Assembly: GCA_009602735.1 (NCBI GenBank)
Contig: WELA01002856.1
Location: forward strand, 62,001-126,000
Direction: 5' to 3'
Length of the DNA: 64,000 nt
Origin: Mesotaenium endlicherianum
Lineage: Eukaryota
The notes beneath the pieces are model-generated. The model searched no databases. It was not told the origin of the DNA and saw only the letters and a program-made list of their open reading frames with translations. Each line of letters begins with the position of its first letter. Within the stretch, counting starts at the first letter, position 1. Positions 10,704-23,646 of this stretch are shown here, piece by piece. A program made the position numbers and the translations under genes.

Positions 10704-13700
10704 TTAGGTGTTGGAGGCAGTAGTGAAAGTGCATACGCGCTTTTTAGGAGGCACATTTTGCTCCCCCCCGTCCACGATGGAGTTGGCGTTCAGCAAGGGG
10801 GATGACTTGCATTGTCCCAGAGAAGCGGCCAATGATGATGCAGAACGGCGGTAGGGCATAAAGCCAGCAGCGGCTCCTGTAGCTGCTGCCGCCACCGTGC
10901 TGATTGCAAAGCGCATCTTTGAGAGCCGCTGCAGCACCCAGCCACGTGTACACACCTTCATTCATGTCAGCTCCAGCTGATGCTGAGGACAGTTTGAAGC
11001 GAGGCAGGATGGAGTGACAAAGGGAAGAAAGGGGAGGGTGGGGGGAAGGGAGGCAGTGGAGTGTACCTCGCGATGCGCCTCATGCTCGCCTCCCGGCGCT
11101 GCCCACGGCCCCTGCAACCCGTGGTGCTCCACCATGTCATCATCATCGTCACTGCTGCTGCTGCTGCTGCTGTTGCTTCTGCTTCGCTTCCTCCTCCTAC
11201 TATCTTTGGGAGATGTGGGGAGCGGTTTCACTGCGCCACACCCCGCGGACCTTGGGCTCGGAGCGGCAGCAGCAGCACCGGGGTGCCTGCTGTTATGGGG
11301 ACACGGGAGCAACAAGCCCGCAGATTTTGAAAATATCGCCTGCTTGCCTCCCACTGACGGCACATGCTCCTCCTCTGCCTCCTCCTTCTGCTCCTCCTGC
11401 GCGTCTGGAGTGAGGTCTTCCTCACCCAATGATGGAGCCAGCACTTGCGCCGGTGCCACACTTGCGGGTGCGCCGCCCAGGTTAGGGCTAGGGGTAGGGC
11501 TCTGAGACTTGTTGCTGCTGCCTCCTCCTCCACTGTGGTAGTGGTAGTGATAGTGGTGATGCACATTCGCCTCCTCGCCCCCGGCAGATCGATCCTCCTC
11601 CTCTCCCTCCTCTTCCCTCTGCTGCTGCTGCAGGGGCGCGGCTGACGAGTGCGATGAAACACTGCGCTGCTGCTGCTTCTCCAGGCTGCCAGGGCTGCTA
11701 GTGGTGGTGCAGGTGGCTGCACACAATTGCACTCTCAGCTTGCGAGAGGCGGCAGCAGCTGCATGAGGAGCGGGGTGCACATTATCATCGCCGCCTGCCA
11801 CTGCACCCAAGGGGGTGGTGGGGGGCATATTCCGGTGGTGGTGGTGGTGGTGGTGGTGGTGGCCTTGCCCCTTCCCGGTGTGCTCTCCTTGCTCCTCCTC
11901 CTCCTCCTCTTCCGCTGCACTCCCGCCACATGCGGACGAGTTTGAGCTGGGCCCGCCTCCCCCGGAGTCATCCCCGTCTCCGTCCCCGCTGCCGCTGCCG
12001 CCTCCCTCTTCTGCATCGTCATGTGCCTTCATCGCATCTACATCCACATCCGCATCCACGCCGCTGCCATCCGCGGAGCCTGACAGCGCATGACACGCCT
12101 CCAGTTGCTGCTCCCCTGCTGCCGCCGCCGCTGCTGCCGCTCCCTCATCCACTTTCAACCTGGCCATGCCTGGCTGGTCAACGGGAAGAGGGGGCACATT
12201 CTTAGTGCTGCCCCTGAGTGAATGGCGGCTGGCACGTTCCCTCGAGGGCGGAAGTGCATCATCATCCTTGCCCTGCTGCCGGCTGCTGCTGAGAGTGAGC
12301 TCCTTCTTCATATTGGCACTGCGCTGCTGCTGCTCCTGCTCCTCCTGCGCCTTCTTTGCAAGGGAATTGACAACGGGCGCTACCAGCGTAGGAGTTGGCG
12401 TTGGCGTCGATTTCGACGATGCCATGGCCGCCGGTGATGACGATGACGCAACCAGAGACGGCGAAGAGTCCGTGCACGCTCCTCCACCACCACCACCACC
12501 GGGGCTGCTGCCGGCTGACGACCGCCTTGCCTTGAGCTCCTGCACTCATCTTGCACGGGAGGGCATGCTTTGCATCAGTACATGGCCTGCGAGCGGCCAG
12601 TCAGAGTGGCAGCCTGCAGCAGCATGGGGAAAGAGAGAGAGAGGGGCGAAAAGGGACTGGCAGGGAGGCAGGCTGTCTGACCTTGAGGCGCCAGGCTCTC
12701 TCCGCGCGCCGAGCCCCGCTTGCTCCACCTCCGCCTTCTCTCCTCCTAGCGAGGCCCGCCTCTGCAACCCCTGTTGCTGCTGCTGCTGCTTGGTCCTCAT
12801 CTGCTGCTGTCCACACTGTTTCTGGCCGGGGGCGGGGGGGGCTGTGGGGGGGCAGTGGTGCAGCCATGATAGGGAGGGCGGGAGCAACGTCTCCCCCCCA
12901 CCACGCGGAAGAGCCAGTAGTGGTGACGGGGCTCCTTGTCCACAGGGGCAGGCTAGTGGGAGCAGAGGGGGAGGGGGAGGCCAGGGAGCTGCTGCTGCTG
13001 CTGCTCAGCCAAGGCCCAAAGGAACTGCCTGGGCCTCCAGGGACAGATGGGGCAGAAGGGGCAGCAGGGGCAGGGGGGCCAGGAGGATGATGGTGATGGT
13101 GGTAGTGGTGGTGATGGCCCGTCTTGAGTGACAGCGCTGCTGCTGCTGCTGCTGAGGGGGGCGGGGGGAAAGGCCCCCCCTGGAACTGGTGGTGGTGGTG
13201 GTGGTGGTGGGCATTGCTCGGATGAGCCAGAGGGGCACCCCGCTGCTGCTGCTGCTGCTGCACCACGTGGCGGAGCGCAAAGGCAACATCGTGCTGGGGA
13301 TGATTGTGTCTGTGAGGCACGCGGTTGGCGTCCATCATCGCTGTCGGCACCATCAGCAGGCCCGGAGGACGCAGCAGGTTGAGAGTGGAAGCAGCCTCCT
13401 GGCGGCCGTAGCCGCCACCTGCGCCTCCTCCTCCACTCTCCGCCACAGAGATGCCCGACACAGCCTCCTCCGCATTACCGCCAGCAGCAGCAGCAGCTTC
13501 TCGTGCCAGGAAGCTCTCGTGGCGTGCCATCTGGTCCTGCTGCTTCTCTGCCGCTGCTTCTGCAGCGGCTGCCAACATAAAAGGGCCATCGCTTGCTGCG
13601 CGCCCCAGGGCAGCAAAGCCGAGCCTGCCTGGGGCGGGAGTGGCTCTGGTGGCCACGGGCACCACCACCGTTTGGCCAAACAGCTTCAGGCTGCCAGAGG

Positions 13701-15702
13701 ACGGCGACGATGCACCCCCACCCGCCAAGCTGAGGGTGAGGAGGGAGCTGCAAGGTGGAGCCGAGGTCGCTCTCTTCAAAAAGGGCTCCTGCTGCTGCAG
13801 CGCACAAGGGTAGTGCTGCTGCTGCTGTGGCGGCGGCAGCAGCGCCTGCGGCAAGGGTGCAGCATGGGGCGAGAACAAGGGCAGTGCGCACTGCTGCTGC
13901 TGCCGCCTACTCGCCTGCATGAGCAGAAGACACACATTCAGCTGTCAGCTACATCCCTTGACTCACAAAGTATTCGGCAGTGGTGAGATTTCTAAACCAT
14001 GAGAGACAGGGAGAAAAAAAAGATTGAAATGTGCCACAGCCACTCTAAGTGTCCCCAGGCATCAATCGCGTGCCCCAATAACTCAAGACTGCACGTCTGC
14101 GCGCACGTGCGTCCCTCTGGGTTGTGGGGACTGCACGCACAGACGGCTGTGAGTACAGTCAGATACAACTACTTTTTGAACTTCTTTAGATTAGCACGCA
14201 CACCCACACAAACATGTAGAAAAGAATGAATACTACACATGACAACGTGCACTTGCACAGGAACTTCATGCTGTAGGGTATCATGCCATGCACATCCACA
14301 CATCCACGAGATACTTGCGAACATCCATCTACGTACATATGTGCATGTTTGGAACTTAGACCAACAATCATAGGATTCAAAAGAGTACAGCTGCTGTCAC
14401 CTCTGCATGAATCTGACATGCAGCTCATGATCTTGCGGAAGGAAGGAAGCATACCAGGTGGTGGTGGTGGTAGTAAGGGTCTCCTCCGCCTCCAAAGGCA
14501 GCACCAAAGTCAGCAGTGGTAGTGGTGGTGGTGGTGCCGGATGACGCGCCTGGACTGGACGCCATGCAACCGAATGCGGCTGCTGCGAGGGCATGCGCCT
14601 GGGGCAGCTGCGGAGGAGGCTGCGCACTGCTGCTATCCGTTGGTGGCGCCTCGTCCGCACGCTCAACAGAGCCAGCTAGAGCAGCAACGGCAGCGGCAGT
14701 GGTAGCAGCAGCAGCAGCATTGTGGGCAGCCTTGCGCGGATATGGGTGGGACGGCTTCCTCTTGGGGCGCGGGGGCGGAATGTCGATCTCACTGATCCCC
14801 ACTGCTGCTGCCGCACTGGCCCCTCCTCCTGTACCTCCTCCAGCTCCACTGCTGCCCAGAGCATCCCTCTCGAGCTGCACCCCATTCAAGGACTTGCATC
14901 CAGTCAGCTCCCTACCTCCACGCACAGAAACCCGCCCTGCATGGCAAGAGGATGAGAGAGAGACAGGCAGCACAAGAGAGAGGGTGCACCTTGGAGAAGA
15001 ACTTCTGAGCATGGCTGCGAATCTGCACTGCTGTCTTGGACCCGATATGTTCTGCACAACAAGAGCGCCACAGTGCACATTAGAGCACAGCAAGACACGA
15101 CACAGGTAGCTACATCCCTTGCAGGAGGATACAGTTGCATCAAGCACAGCATCATGACATCTCGTGCATGCAACAGTGAATATACCTTCAATGCGACGCC
15201 AAGCACGACCATAAAGCTTCAGTGCTTCCAGGAACTTCAAGTGCTCCTCTTCTGTCCATCGCTCTCTCTGCTTAGTTATAGTGTAAGGCTTTCGAACCTG
15301 CCAAGAAGGCCCACCAACAGAGAACACGCGTCTCAGATAGTGTTTGCTCGTCACCAACATGGCACAGACAAAGCACCAGCCTGAACTGATGCGGCTAGAA
15401 CGATAACGGAGAAGCCACCGCCAGTAGAACACTACATCTAATTCGCTTCAGAGAGCACATGCCTAATTACCATTGAAAGAATCTTACAATAACGTCAATA
15501 TGAAAGAACAAGAAACCAGCAGGCAGTGATAGATCCCTACCTTCAGGGACAAATCGTCAACCGAAAGTGAACGCTCCATGCCGTGACTTTTGGTAGTCGA
15601 AGCAGCTACAGACGTATGTGGGTGGTACGAATACATATTACTGCCTGAAGCCGAGGTTAAGATGTTTGAACCACTTGACTGCACCGGAGCAATGGGTGGC
15701 AC
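10704..15702 (-). CDS. CCA1/LHY/RVE-like: CCA1/LHY/REVEILLE-family single-MYB (SHAQKF) transcription factor, multi-exon, very low-complexity
   Basis: Exons 15297-15186, 15051-14990 and 14874-onward give [81 protein letters not shown]. Downstream family motifs are [13 protein letters not shown] and C-terminal GFMPYRR. Start codon and several internal exons are uncertain. Confidence 0.9.
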
Positions 15703-18331
15703 AAAGCTGCACCGATATTACTGAGGATTGGCTATTTCCTTCTGCACAATAATGTCGGTAATCATCTCCGTAAGCTGCCATTCAAGAGCCACGAGGAACT
15801 TGGAAGCCATGTACAAGGTACAATTACGTAATGCTCGAAAATAAACAAGATGGCTAACAATAGGACTTCTCGTGAACAACAAAAGAATGTAATACTGCTC
15901 ACATATGATCAACTACCGCAAGGTACAGCCAGCGACCCCTAATGCATCGCTTCTTGCGCTTGGTTTCTCGGATGTGACAAGACTGACCGGCTCATATGTT
16001 TACCATTTGAGGAAGAACGCTTATCAGAGGCTGTGACATCTGCACATGACCATCTGCATATGTAGTCGAGTGACATGTACGCCACCTACTTATCGTCTTG
16101 AACTACACAATACTCTCAAGAATGCATGTACTACCTCAGAATCTTGCTTGATTGAACAGAAAGTGTATGCGCTTAAGTTTATTCTTTGGAGTTTCAAAGA
16201 TTCCACACAAAACCTGTCAATGCGTCATAGATCCCGACTTGAATCCAAACCCCTAGTGTTGTTAACAAGAAAGTAAGACAAGAACAACCGTGCAATGGAG
16301 CAACATGTAAAATCACGCTCTCGAGAGACAGACCTAGGTGCAAAAAGCGACTATGGGCCAAATTGCAGTGAGGTGTGGGGGCTTGGGGCCAGGGCCCAGC
16401 AGACGAGGATGGAGGAACGAGCAGCTGGTCACTTTTTCCAACTTAACGGTGTCCACATAGTCTACAGGCGTGTAAAGGGTTGTTGGTCCCACGTGTGGGA
16501 AGACCTTGCCCGAGCTCCAAATTTGTGGCTGAGAGTTACTTTATGGGCGTATCCGACGTAAGCTACTTTTTCACTTTTTGCTCTAAAGTTTGTACTATAT
16601 GTACCCTAAAAGTGCATTCGTCAGAGACATGCTTGAAGGCAGCTGCTTTGAGGGGTATCTGTGGGCATCTGTGGGTATCTGAAGTTTGAACTACGAAAGA
16701 GTGGGGCAAGAGTGTAATCATCTGACAATATAAAAGAGTGGTACCAGCCAAAGGACTGGCTATGACAGCTCGTGTTCTTACTTCATGGGCCACATCTGGC
16801 CGTCCAAAATTCCTCATGCTGGGAAAGTACATAGCGCGAATATGATGGTGCTCTTGAAATCCCTCTTTTCACATGCTCGAAACCTCGAAGTGGCTGAAAG
16901 GCTTCATCGTCCACACTCCAGGGCCCAGGCCACTCCAGGCCCATCTAGGCCTGTCCGGGCTCTTCGGGCGGAGGGAATGCACCGTGACAAGCAGGCTTCC
17001 CGTTACTATCCGCCACAATCCGCTGCTGCATATTAGCGTATATGCTGCAAGTCACTGAAAGTACGCCGGTTGTAGGGGGTGATCCACTTGTTTTCCGTAA
17101 CATATATTTTCATGATCTAATTCTGTGCTTTTGGTCCTTACGTGACACAAGGGTGTCACATTCTATGCCAAGTGTCGAAACATTCAGACACTCTTTTGAA
17201 TAGGTTGGGCGAAGTCGACGAGATTGTGGCTAAGCTGGGCTACTTTTAGGTGGTCCATATTGCTCTTTACTGCACTTTACTGGGTCTTATCAACCCTATT
17301 CGGATACGCCCGTGGTCGTTTGCCGCCTCGCTTACACTCCTCTGCTCCGCTGACTATTCTGGGTCTTATCGATCCAAGATGATCCGAGATGGCTTTTGAG
17401 GCCAGATGAGGCTCGTCAGCCGCCACGGTTTTTAGCGTCGTTCGTCTCATCCATAATGATCTTGCACGATCCTCACGTTTGCCTCGGCACCTAATCCAAA
17501 TGCTCAAAGCAGCTCAAAGTTCATCTATTTTGAAGACACACAAGGAACTCCATAAGCACCAATAAGCACCATGAAGGGACATTTGTGGACTGCGGATCTC
17601 TTTAGTCTGGAGTCTGGACTCTGGAGTCTGGACTCTGGTGGTGTCTGGATACTGGGGTCGAGCAGGGTCGAGAGCAAGTCGAGACTCAACTTTCAAGTGA
17701 TGTCGAGCCGTCTTTGACTTTCGGAAAGCCGGAGCAGGTGGGAGATCTTTTGGCTTTGGCTTTTAACGGCTTCACAAACTTTCACGCACGGTCGGCTGAC
17801 AAACAAATGCGTGTAATTGTCGGTGAAAACATACACAACATCAAGATCCAAGTTCCAACTATCATATCTCGAAGCGGCAAGTCATCCCGTCCAATTCCGT
17901 CCTTGACCCTCTAATCTCCATTTTCACATCATCTAGCAGTGATTACCCATTAGCCAGAAAGTTCGTAGACTACCTTCCTGGACCGGTCTGAAAAGCGGTT
18001 AATGTCGTCAGGAATTGGTTGGTGAGTCTGGTCGACCGTTTTATGAGCGCTCAATAGGTTGCCAAATGAAGCAAAGTGAGCGTTCGACCAGTCTCTGACA
18101 GTAACCGACCACCGTGGGCACTTGTAAAAGATAGTAGATTGAGGTACGGGCAATGAAGGAAATAAAAACTTTAGGGCAAAATTGACGGCTTCGTCAAGTG
18201 TCGTCTGTCTCATTTTGTAGGTGCTTCTTCTCCACCAGGTACGCTTCACTGTGCTATTCGGAGAGAAGTGTTGTGGCCTGAGTGCTTCATTATGCTCAGT
18301 AGAGGTGTTTGTCTTTAAGCCTGCAGCAGGG

Positions 18332-19867
18332 ATGGCAGGATCGCGTCTCCTTCCAAACCTTCCCACCAGTGCTCTTCCCATGCTCGGGTATGCTGCCTGG
18401 CAAACCTTCCTTCAATTGTGTGATAGTGACGACGATGAACAGACGTGCATGAATGCGTACGACAGTGACGACAGCACAGACGAAACTTTAGACTTTCTGG
18501 GGTTTTACGACGCGGGTAGAAGGAATAGCGCGGACATGAACATGCCCCTGAGTAACATTATCTTCATAACAGCTTTCTTTGGTTATGAGTCTGACATTGA
18601 GGCTCGTATAGACCACTTGTTTCGCTCCATTCAGACGTCAGAGTGGTACATCAGACCCCGTTCCACTGATTGGAGTCAGGCTATCCAACACACAGTTGCT
18701 TTTCAAGATCCTGACCAGTGGATTCCCCTCTTCAGGGTCTCTGTTAAGTTTTGGGCTTCGCTTGTTGTGCTCCTAGAGCCCTTCCTTGCCACCCATACCC
18801 CGTATTGCTTCTCTGGCATACGCAACAGAGTGATAGATGTGCCCACAATGGTCTTGGTGTCGCTGTTCAAACTAGGGACAAGGATGACTTACCTAGCGTT
18901 ATCTGCACACTTTGGCCTAGGTGTCAACACAGTTTCAAATATTGTGCACAAGTTCACAGTCGCTGTCACTACCGAACTAGGGTCCTTTGTGAACATGCCC
19001 CGCCGTGGGCGTGCACTTCAGGCTTCTATAGAGGGGAATTTTAATGTCAGAGGTTTCCCCAACTGTGTTGGGTCCATTGATGTGTCCCACATAGAAATTC
19101 AGAGACCTAATTTAGGAGACCCCAGGGCCTACTGGGATCGTAATAGCAATTACAGTATCTGCCTGCAAGCTGTCGTTGGACATAATGCGTTCTTCTACGA
19201 TGTTGCTGTCGGAGCTGTGGACTCCATGCACGACATGCGCATTCTAAAGCGGTCATGGTTGGGAAAAAAGAACCAGCATGGGCGCAGGCTCTTTAGGGGG
19301 CCTGCTATTGTGCATGGTGACACACGTATCCCTCCTTACATTATCGGGGATGGAGGCTACTCCCTAGATCATTGGCTCGTCTCTCCCTACAGGAATAGTA
19401 TGGCAAACCCCCTCTGCGAAGAGCAGAAGCTCTTCAACACGGCCCTCTCTTCGACGCGCATGGTTGTGGAGAGGGCGTTTGGTATGTTTAAGTCTGTGTG
19501 GCGTATGTTCGGGGGTAGAGTGAATCACCCGTCCCAGGTAGGACGCTTAGAGCGACAGATACGCACCTGCTGCGTACTTCATAACATGCAAATAGTCATG
19601 AATGAAGACCCGCGGGCAATTGAGGANGTTGAGGATTGGCAGCGCTTGGATGGGATGCCCCTGTTGCCTCAGTTGCTGGCGGAAGGTGATGACGCGCTGC
19701 ATGAACATGATGATGGAGCCGGTGATGGTGGCGCAGATAACGACGACAGCGATGACGACGGAGATGTACCACTTGCAGACGAGGCTGCAGGTGCTGCCAT
19801 CAGGGAAGCACTGTTTGATTATCTAGGGTTTGGTGCAGTAGATGTAGGGTTTGGTCCAGATGTTTGA
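18332..19867 (+). CDS. Harbinger/HARBI1-type DDE transposase
   Basis: GFPNCVGSIDVSHIEIQRP, NYSICLQAVV, SMHDMRIL, IIGDGGY, WLVSPY, FNTALSSTRMVVERAFGMFK..WR, CCVLHN, with an acidic tail. Likely ATG at 18332. Confidence 0.95.
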   Translation: MAGSRLLPNLPTSALPMLGYAAWQTFLQLCDSDDDEQTCMNAYDSDDSTDETLDFLGFYDAGRRNSADMNMPLSNIIFITAFFGYESDIEARIDHLFRSIQTSEWYIRPRSTDWSQAIQHTVAFQDPDQWIPLFRVSVKFWASLVVLLEPFLATHTPYCFSGIRNRVIDVPTMVLVSLFKLGTRMTYLALSAHFGLGVNTVSNIVHKFTVAVTTELGSFVNMPRRGRALQASIEGNFNVRGFPNCVGSIDVSHIEIQRPNLGDPRAYWDRNSNYSICLQAVVGHNAFFYDVAVGAVDSMHDMRILKRSWLGKKNQHGRRLFRGPAIVHGDTRIPPYIIGDGGYSLDHWLVSPYRNSMANPLCEEQKLFNTALSSTRMVVERAFGMFKSVWRMFGGRVNHPSQVGRLERQIRTCCVLHNMQIVMNEDPRAIEXVEDWQRLDGMPLLPQLLAEGDDALHEHDDGAGDGGADNDDSDDDGDVPLADEAAGAAIREALFDYLGFGAVDVGFGPDV

Positions 19868-20341
19868 GAAGGTTTCACTTTATTAGCACTTGCAAGCAGC
19901 TGTGCCCCTCACTGCATTTGTGACTCCGTACGATGCAAGCGACATGTACCTGCCTCACACGGCACCTGTTTCAAGGCATCTTACTGCTCACATAGCCTTC
20001 TTTGCAGTGTATATCTTGCATTCCACACTATAGCCATCATCCACCCACAGCTTGCACATTTATCTACTTGCGATGCAAAGTCTGGCTGGGAGCGTTTGTG
20101 CTTTATATGCATGCGCTCATAGTGTAGGTCCAGTTCTCCGTAATGCAGAACAGGTCCAGGTGCTGTCACATAGGACATCTTTAGATTTTGCCATTAAACA
20201 AACGTCATGTCTGTACACATATGCATGTGCTGCCATGCTTGTACACATATGCATGTGAACCCATGCTTGGTTAAACTATCATCTGGGTGATGTACATGTA
20301 GAGGTCCATCCCTATGACTGCATCCAGTACCTTGTGCGTCT

Positions 20342-21964
20342 TTATGTGCAAACCTTCTCCACTACTGCCTTGTTAAAATATCTTCTAGGGTGCTTGTTAC
20401 CTCTCACCCACTGCAAGCCTTGTGAACCAACCAACAAATTCACATGCTTTGTGTTGCACACGTGCATGTCTAATCTGCCTCTATCCTTCTCTGCGAGCCA
20501 AGTATTGAACAAGTGAACTACTTCAGCACATCCCAGAGACTTTGCATTGCTCTCGTCTTTGATTTGCTCCTCCACAAACTCTCCAAAAAGTAACGCACAC
20601 TCTAAGGCCTTGCTAGTACCCACTTTGTACTCCTGCTCTCCTTTATGCAACCTCTCTAATGCGCGCCACTCATTGCTTGACAGCCGCCTTCTTTGGCTCC
20701 CACCAATGTCCACCTGCTCCCCACTCGTAGCAGTCAAATGAGACACGGCAGTGGCACGCAGGTGTGATCTGCATGCACACAATATACAAGTTTTAAGCCT
20801 GTTTGGAAGCTGAGATACCTTTCTCCAATCCTCGTCTGTCCTGTCTCGGTTGAACCACTGCACCAATGCCCGCTTTCCTCTTGCTTATTCTTCAGGCGTG
20901 ACAGTCACTTCTGTGCCTGGCACTGCAGATACAGCGGTAGCCTCTACAATTGTGGAGTTCAGAGCCCGGTGAATGCGGCGTGCCCCGCTTTGCATCTGCC
21001 ACGCACTTTTGGGCCACTTTTCTGAGACCTGAAAGATGATGTCTTCCTTGTAGCTGTACTTCTCTTCATACATGTGCTCCACCTGTGAGGCTACCCAGTT
21101 TGCTAAGCCCACCGGTATGGCGTTCGCTAGATGGAGGAGTTGCTGTTTGGGATTATTCATTACGTCTGTCCAACCTGCAGGAAATCCTTGCAACATCTCA
21201 ACTTGAGCCACATTCAACAAGTGCAAGCGAGTGCTCCGCCCTGCCTCTTCCACAACAAGCATTCTGTCGCAATTACTACCTGTGAGGGTGGGGCACAGTC
21301 CATACGACTTGTGAGGACTGATCTCGTTCAAGCTGGTCACCCACACGCCTTCGTATTGTGACCTGCGTCGGAGCCTGAACACTGCACACCTGCAGTTGTC
21401 TGTGTTATTGCAACAGCCGTTGACGGGGAGAAGCACGTCCCTTGGGTCCCCGCACCTCATCGCAACGAGGATGAGCCTCTCTCTCCTCTGTGGCTGACCA
21501 AACGAGGCGCACTGAACACATCTATAAGCCCAGTTGTACCCCAACTCGTGAAGTGTTGTTGTTACGTCTTCAATATAAGGCCTACCGACGGATGTCACCC
21601 TACTTAATATGCCTGGAACATTCTCTAAGATTACCATGTTCACTTGTTGTCCTTCCAAAAGCCTCCACAAATGCTCGACCAAGCCAGTGCGTTCTAACGT
21701 GGCCGGTGCGCCCATTGTACTTGATCGGCTAGAGACGTCTTGGCACGGGAAACCTGCAAGGACTAAATCTGTAGCGGGCGGCAAATGAGACAGGCCGCTC
21801 ACGTCTGGCAGTATCTGAATGCGCGGAAACTTTTGCCTCAGCAACCTCCCACAATATTGGTCGCTTTCCACCATGAGAATAACATCGTGGCCTGCCTGCA
21901 TAAATGGAACTTCAAAGCCAGCTATTCCTGTGAATAAACTACAGATTCTCAGCGGTGGAGCCAT
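20342..21964 (-). CDS. C5 cytosine DNA methyltransferase (bacterial Dcm-like motif order) with a C-terminal extension; one in-frame TAA at 20885-20887
   Basis: From ATG 21964: motif I SLFTGIAG, II VESD, IV LAGFPCQDVS, VI ILENVPGI, VIII FGQPQRRERLILVA, IX LNVAQVEMLQGFP, X LANAIPV. ORF 20342-20866 continues in the same frame six codons after the stop. Confidence 0.93.
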
Positions 21965-23130
21965 AGTGAGCAGGACAGTTGAATATATAATGATACAGTT
22001 AGAGGTGTGGTAGAATAGACACTTTAATGATTCCCACGCTTGTCTCACTCATGTCAGAGTAGTTAGAGTACAAAGTGCTGATTCTTCAGCACCATGTACC
22101 CTTTTTTTTATGTGGCTTTGAATGTAGGGCCGTTAAAATTTTAGTCGCTATTTTATGATTTAATCAACGTGCTCTAAATTGCTCTAAACTGCTCTACACT
22201 GCTCCACATTGTGGTCGTATGACATTATGTCACTTTTGACGGTTGCAGTTTATTTTGGTCAGCGGTTTTTGACTTTCCGTCGTGTTCGATAGCTGTCGTT
22301 ATTGTCGGTATCTTCTACAACCGATTTGTAATTTTGTGTCTTGTTGCGTCTTTTCACAGTCTTGCCTATTCTTGCCAGCATTTTGCAGCATTTTGCAGCA
22401 TCGAGTGCCATCGACTCCCTACAAGGTCACTACCATTTTTGCCACTTCTTGCATAGGGCTGCATGGCTATTGTATTCTACGACCACAATTCCCAAACATT
22501 CCTTTGCATATCCAACTTGATCTCGGTACATCCATACCCCTTTCTTGCCTTTGTGCTCATCTTTTCTCATTCGTGGGTCTTATGCTCTGTTTAAGTTCAC
22601 TGTTTGCTTCTTCCTTTGCCTACTTCGCTCTCCAAAAACCATGTGTCTGAAACTCGTGTGCGTACCCTTGAAAGTGAAATAGCAAACTTGAAATAGCGGG
22701 GATTGAACAGCCGAATTAGGCACTCCTTTCTGGTAACCAGGGGACCTTTTTGCGTGATCGTCTACGTCTCTGTCTTGTGGATGCCCTTTCTAGCCGCGAA
22801 CCTTCGGAGCAGCCTCTATTCTGAATGGTACTCTACTTTCCTTCTGTTTTTGGATTTTTCCGATGCGAGTGCTAAGTTCCTCCTGTTTCTATCCTTCTGT
22901 TATGCTGTGTGTGTAATATACTGTAGTTGTGCTGCTCATACATTGGCTGTTGTAACTGTTTTTGTTTTGCATTAGTATGTGCAATTGCTGTTTTTGTGAT
23001 AGTTGAACAACTCTCAGCAGTTGTTGATTGAGGTATAACTCAAAATAATATAGTACTTTGTATATGCAATTGCTGTTTTCTAAGTACTGTGATGCTGCTC
23101 AATGTACTTGTTGTGCTACAGGAAGAAGCC

Positions 23131-23646
23131 ATGGATGCTTCAGACAACGTGACATGCGCTCGTGGGATAGCGCGTGCTTCTATGGAGATTGGAAAAACAG
23201 TAATTGAAGCACAAGTGTGCAGCCTGGAAGAGGAGTTGCTGGACTTAGAGGAAGATTTCAGTGAGGTTCAGCTTACAACGTCCCGTGCAAGGATGACTCG
23301 GCACGCACCTGAGTTGGAGAGATTTTTGCACGTGAAGAGCGCCGATATCAATGACAGGATCAGTGCTGTTAAACTAGACATATCTAACAGAAGGCAGATT
23401 TACTCAGTGCTTGAGAAATGCAATCCTGAAGATGAGGAATTTCTACACCTCATTGCTTTGGTAATAAACATGGGGGATGACCGCAACAGGGATGGTTGCA
23501 GCCCTGCAAACCATCAACAATGTTGCAAAGCTATCTTTGAGGCTACATTAGCTGGCGACGTAAGCCACAGGGGATCAACACAATTACGCCTGTACATCAT
23601 AGGGGCCGCAGCACGACTGAACCTGCCTCTGCCTCTACAATTGTAA
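23131..23646 (+). CDS. Orphan helical ~171-aa protein inside the Harbinger element
   Basis: ATG (GCCATGG) follows an apparent intron acceptor (ctacag) after an AT-rich leader. The ORF is uninterrupted and acidic/helical, with no recognisable motif. Confidence 0.55.
   Translation: MDASDNVTCARGIARASMEIGKTVIEAQVCSLEEELLDLEEDFSEVQLTTSRARMTRHAPELERFLHVKSADINDRISAVKLDISNRRQIYSVLEKCNPEDEEFLHLIALVINMGDDRNRDGCSPANHQQCCKAIFEATLAGDVSHRGSTQLRLYIIGAAARLNLPLPLQL

Noticed and set aside
11014..13986. Many long plus-strand ORFs
   Set aside because: Antisense shadows of the GC-rich, triplet-repeat MYB coding sequence.
17605..17640. Short tandem CTGGAGT/CTGGACT repeat
   Set aside because: Only a few units with no spacers, so not CRISPR-like; no function can be supported.
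16600..17936. Possible older element flanking the Harbinger (with 28671-28940)
   Set aside because: No convincing TIR, LTR or TSD pair found by eye.
20885..20887. Alternative genetic code (TAA/TAG = Gln) to explain in-frame stops
   Set aside because: The DA2-like gene and intact TE ORFs end at TAA, and TGA interruptions are also common. C>T decay is the simpler explanation.
20342..22048. Bacterial contamination or a restriction-modification system
   Set aside because: The MTase lies inside eukaryotic Harbinger TIRs next to spliced genes, and no endonuclease partner is recognisable.
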